NCBI GenBank assembly: GCA_051530055.1
Contig: CM121341.1
Span: forward strand, 12,874,784 to 12,938,783
Source of the DNA: Neoechinorhynchus agilis
Lineage: Eukaryota; Animalia; Acanthocephala
Reading direction: 5' to 3'
Length of the DNA: 64,000 nt
Part shown: piece by piece, positions 61,846 through 64,000 of the stretch
Layout: each line of letters starts with the position of its first letter
How positions within the stretch are numbered: position 1 is the first letter of the stretch
Position numbers and translations under genes: made by a program
The notes under the pieces: generated by a model
Seen by the model: only the letters and a program-made list of their open reading frames with translations
Databases searched by the model: none
What the model was told of the DNA's origin: nothing

Positions 61846-62776
61846 AAACACAATTTGTGTGGTAGCGAATTAAATAAATTTTTAAGTTTTTTCTTCTCAA
61901 AATTTAGGAATGAAGGCATTCCTGAAGCATTCGCCAAATTAAAACATTAATGGGTTCTAAAAACGATTAATATCCCGGGCGTTTTCGTCATATTAATGAT
62001 CTAACTTGAACACTTTGATGCGTAAATGGATAAATATGACTGATGTACCAAATTTAAAGAATTTTAAATTCAAGTTTTGTAATTTCGAAAATGAACACTT
62101 GGACGGCTACTGTAATGATAAAGAAAAAGGTTTATTTTCGAGCTTTGGCCATCGTACGGCTTTTTTCAGGAATCTACAAACGCACGTGAAGATGTCAAGT
62201 GTGTTTGTGCGTTAAAGTAGCAACATTGAAGTGTGGAAAGTTCGTTCCGACTATGTGAATTAGGTTTGTGGTCTAGGATCCGCTGGTACCATCTATCGAC
62301 GAGACTACTTATATCCCGGACGGTTGAAAGGGAATGGTGTTTCCACGAAATTGGTATTGCAATTTTTACGATCATAAACGATCAATGTCGCATTGTGGCG
62401 CAGATTGAAGTTAAAAAACTTATCAAATAGCCAAAAAGTGACGGGGAAGAGTTTGAAGAAAGAGACGAACGCTGATTTCTTTTTCTTATTTTCGGGTTGG
62501 AAAATATCAGATCAGAAAATGTCGAGTTTAAGTTTTCGGAAAACCAAAAAATCGACGCTGAAGCACAGAAACTACTTTAAATTCAACGGGAAAATCCTTC
62601 GTAGACGCTTATTCGTATAGATATTTAAGTGATCACTTTTTTCCAAAAGATTCTTGTTGATTATTATTCTATTTTTGAGTTTTTCAGCGTTGTTGTCAAA
62701 ACATCTTGGGTATAAAAGGAGGCGATTCATCGTTCGCAAGCCAAACTTCTCTCTCGTTCTCCATCAAACCTTAAAA

Positions 62777-63090
62777 ATGATCGCTCTTCTTTGTTTGATC
62801 GCTTTCATTTCAATTGGATTCAGTAATGGAAATGAAAAAGTCAAGGCCGAGAATTGACATCGTCTGAGTACGATAAAATATTCGAGAATATTAAGGAAAT
62901 CATTCGAGATGAAGACAAATTTATTGACTTTCTAAAAAGGTGGGTCGGTGTCGGAGACCGGATAGTCGGAGGAAATGACAGTTTAAGACATCAAATAAGA
63001 AATGCGGATGATCGATATGCGAACAATGGAAAATTTACGAGCTCTCTTTATGATTGCGTCGAGAATCTTAAGAGCCAAATCCAAGGATGA
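62777..63090 (+). pseudogene. Secreted orphan-family gene (GDRIVGGNDSLRHQ) with an apparent 1-nt frameshift near 62855
   Basis: Signal peptide MIALLCLIAFISIGFSNG in one frame; mature part continues in another; paralogue at 448-756. Confidence 0.5.
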
Positions 63091-63204
63091 AAGATCTCTA
63101 TTAGTTTCGATGGTTGTATCCATCGATAGTCACAATAAATAGTTTTTCACTGATTTCGATTTTAAAGCAACTGACAAGGAAATGATTACGAACCATTAAA
63201 AGTG

Positions 63205-63560
63205 ATTTTGCCAGGATTTCACCGCCTCGTCTAATTTTGCCAGCTTATCCTTATGTCTAAAAAATGTGTTGTGCGCAGCTTATACAGCAATTTTGGAACA
63301 AAGAGGGTGTTCTTGATCATTAACAAAGCCTCGTGTGAAGATAATTCATCAACTCGTTCGCACAGTACCGAAAGTTGCGGACGAAGATTGACAATCTCGG
63401 TTTCAACACGAGAACAAAAAATACAGTTTACTAGAAGACTTAACCGGTCTGGAGTGATCAATTCTATCCCGGGGACCAGGTTCTGAAAATCTTTCACGAT
63501 AGTTTGCCTGGTCGCTCCACGTTCATCACTAAAATCTCGCATTTCGCAGATTTCAATTCA
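63205..63560 (-). mobile_element. CRE RT-thumb fragment
   Basis: Reverse complement of the 12770-13060 type sequence (RQTIVKDFQNL..LSSHEALLMIKNTLFVPKLLYKLR). Confidence 0.8.
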
Positions 63561-64000
63561 ATGAAAATTTTTTGCCATTTCAAGAGTGCTAAACAGCAAC
63601 AAAAATTAGCGAAATAGAGCAATATTTAATTTCACGTATTGCTCAAACGACTTAATGAGATTTGCCCTTTTTCACGTCTTCGTTATTTGCCTTTGATTGA
63701 TCACCGCCATCCGGGGTTTTATTTCCCCTACATTTCACCTCCCGTTTAATTCCGTCATTTTCAAACGGTTTGTCATTGCTTGTGGCAAAACTATCAAAAG
63801 AAAGTATCACAACATGGGCTTTAACGTGTTTTTATGTGGTTTATTAAACGACATAGATCACGCACTCTTAATCACGGGTATTTATTGCTACCGTGCCTTC
63901 TTCGTCGTTTTCCCCTCCATCCACTTGGATCATCAGGTGTAGGAGCGTAATAGGGACAATAATGCGGATACGACTGAAGTACACTTCCAACTTGACCGCT

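Noticed and set aside
62955-62975. Trypsin-like protease from the R-IVGG motif
   Set aside because: No catalytic His/Asp/Ser motifs or conserved cysteines follow; the ORFs are too short.
1-64000. tRNA, rRNA, snRNA or spliced-leader RNA genes
   Set aside because: No canonical A/B-box cloverleaf, rRNA or snRNA signature found by eye; a covariance-model search would be needed to exclude divergent ones.

Overview
Nuclear DNA of an AT-rich, intron-poor animal. Evidence for an animal: metazoan-type TOR1AIP/LAP1, ZNF280/POGZ-like and eh1-C2H2 genes; the species cannot be identified from the sequence. About a dozen mostly single-exon host genes are present: a matrin-ZnF/RS protein, a dsRBD protein, a calmodulin-like protein, CCDC124, a THAP/ZNF280-like gene, DRG2, a TOR1AIP-like gene, an eh1-C2H2 factor, SEPSECS and COX15. 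They lie among many retroelements: repeated CRE-clade copies, L2/CR1-, RTE- and other APE-type LINE relics, and a Penelope-like element with a hammerhead core that is interrupted by a complete TSD-flanked Gypsy element. MITEs, a 123-bp satellite and RPS23 and MRPL13 pseudogenes are also present. The main observation is that conserved housekeeping genes (DRG2, SEPSECS twice, COX15, ZNF280-like, the MRPL13 relic, possibly the dsRBD gene) are interrupted by 36-641 nt inserts that lack GT-AG ends when removed so as to restore the conserved protein. Their two ends base-pair into a 10-18 bp stem (only about 5 bp in the MRPL13 relic), often finishing 3 nt before the downstream junction. An ordinary GT-AG intron also exists (54403-54458). 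This points to a second, structure-defined class of non-canonical introns. Splicing is inferred from protein homology and is not demonstrated; gene names rest on recalled family motifs, not database searches.
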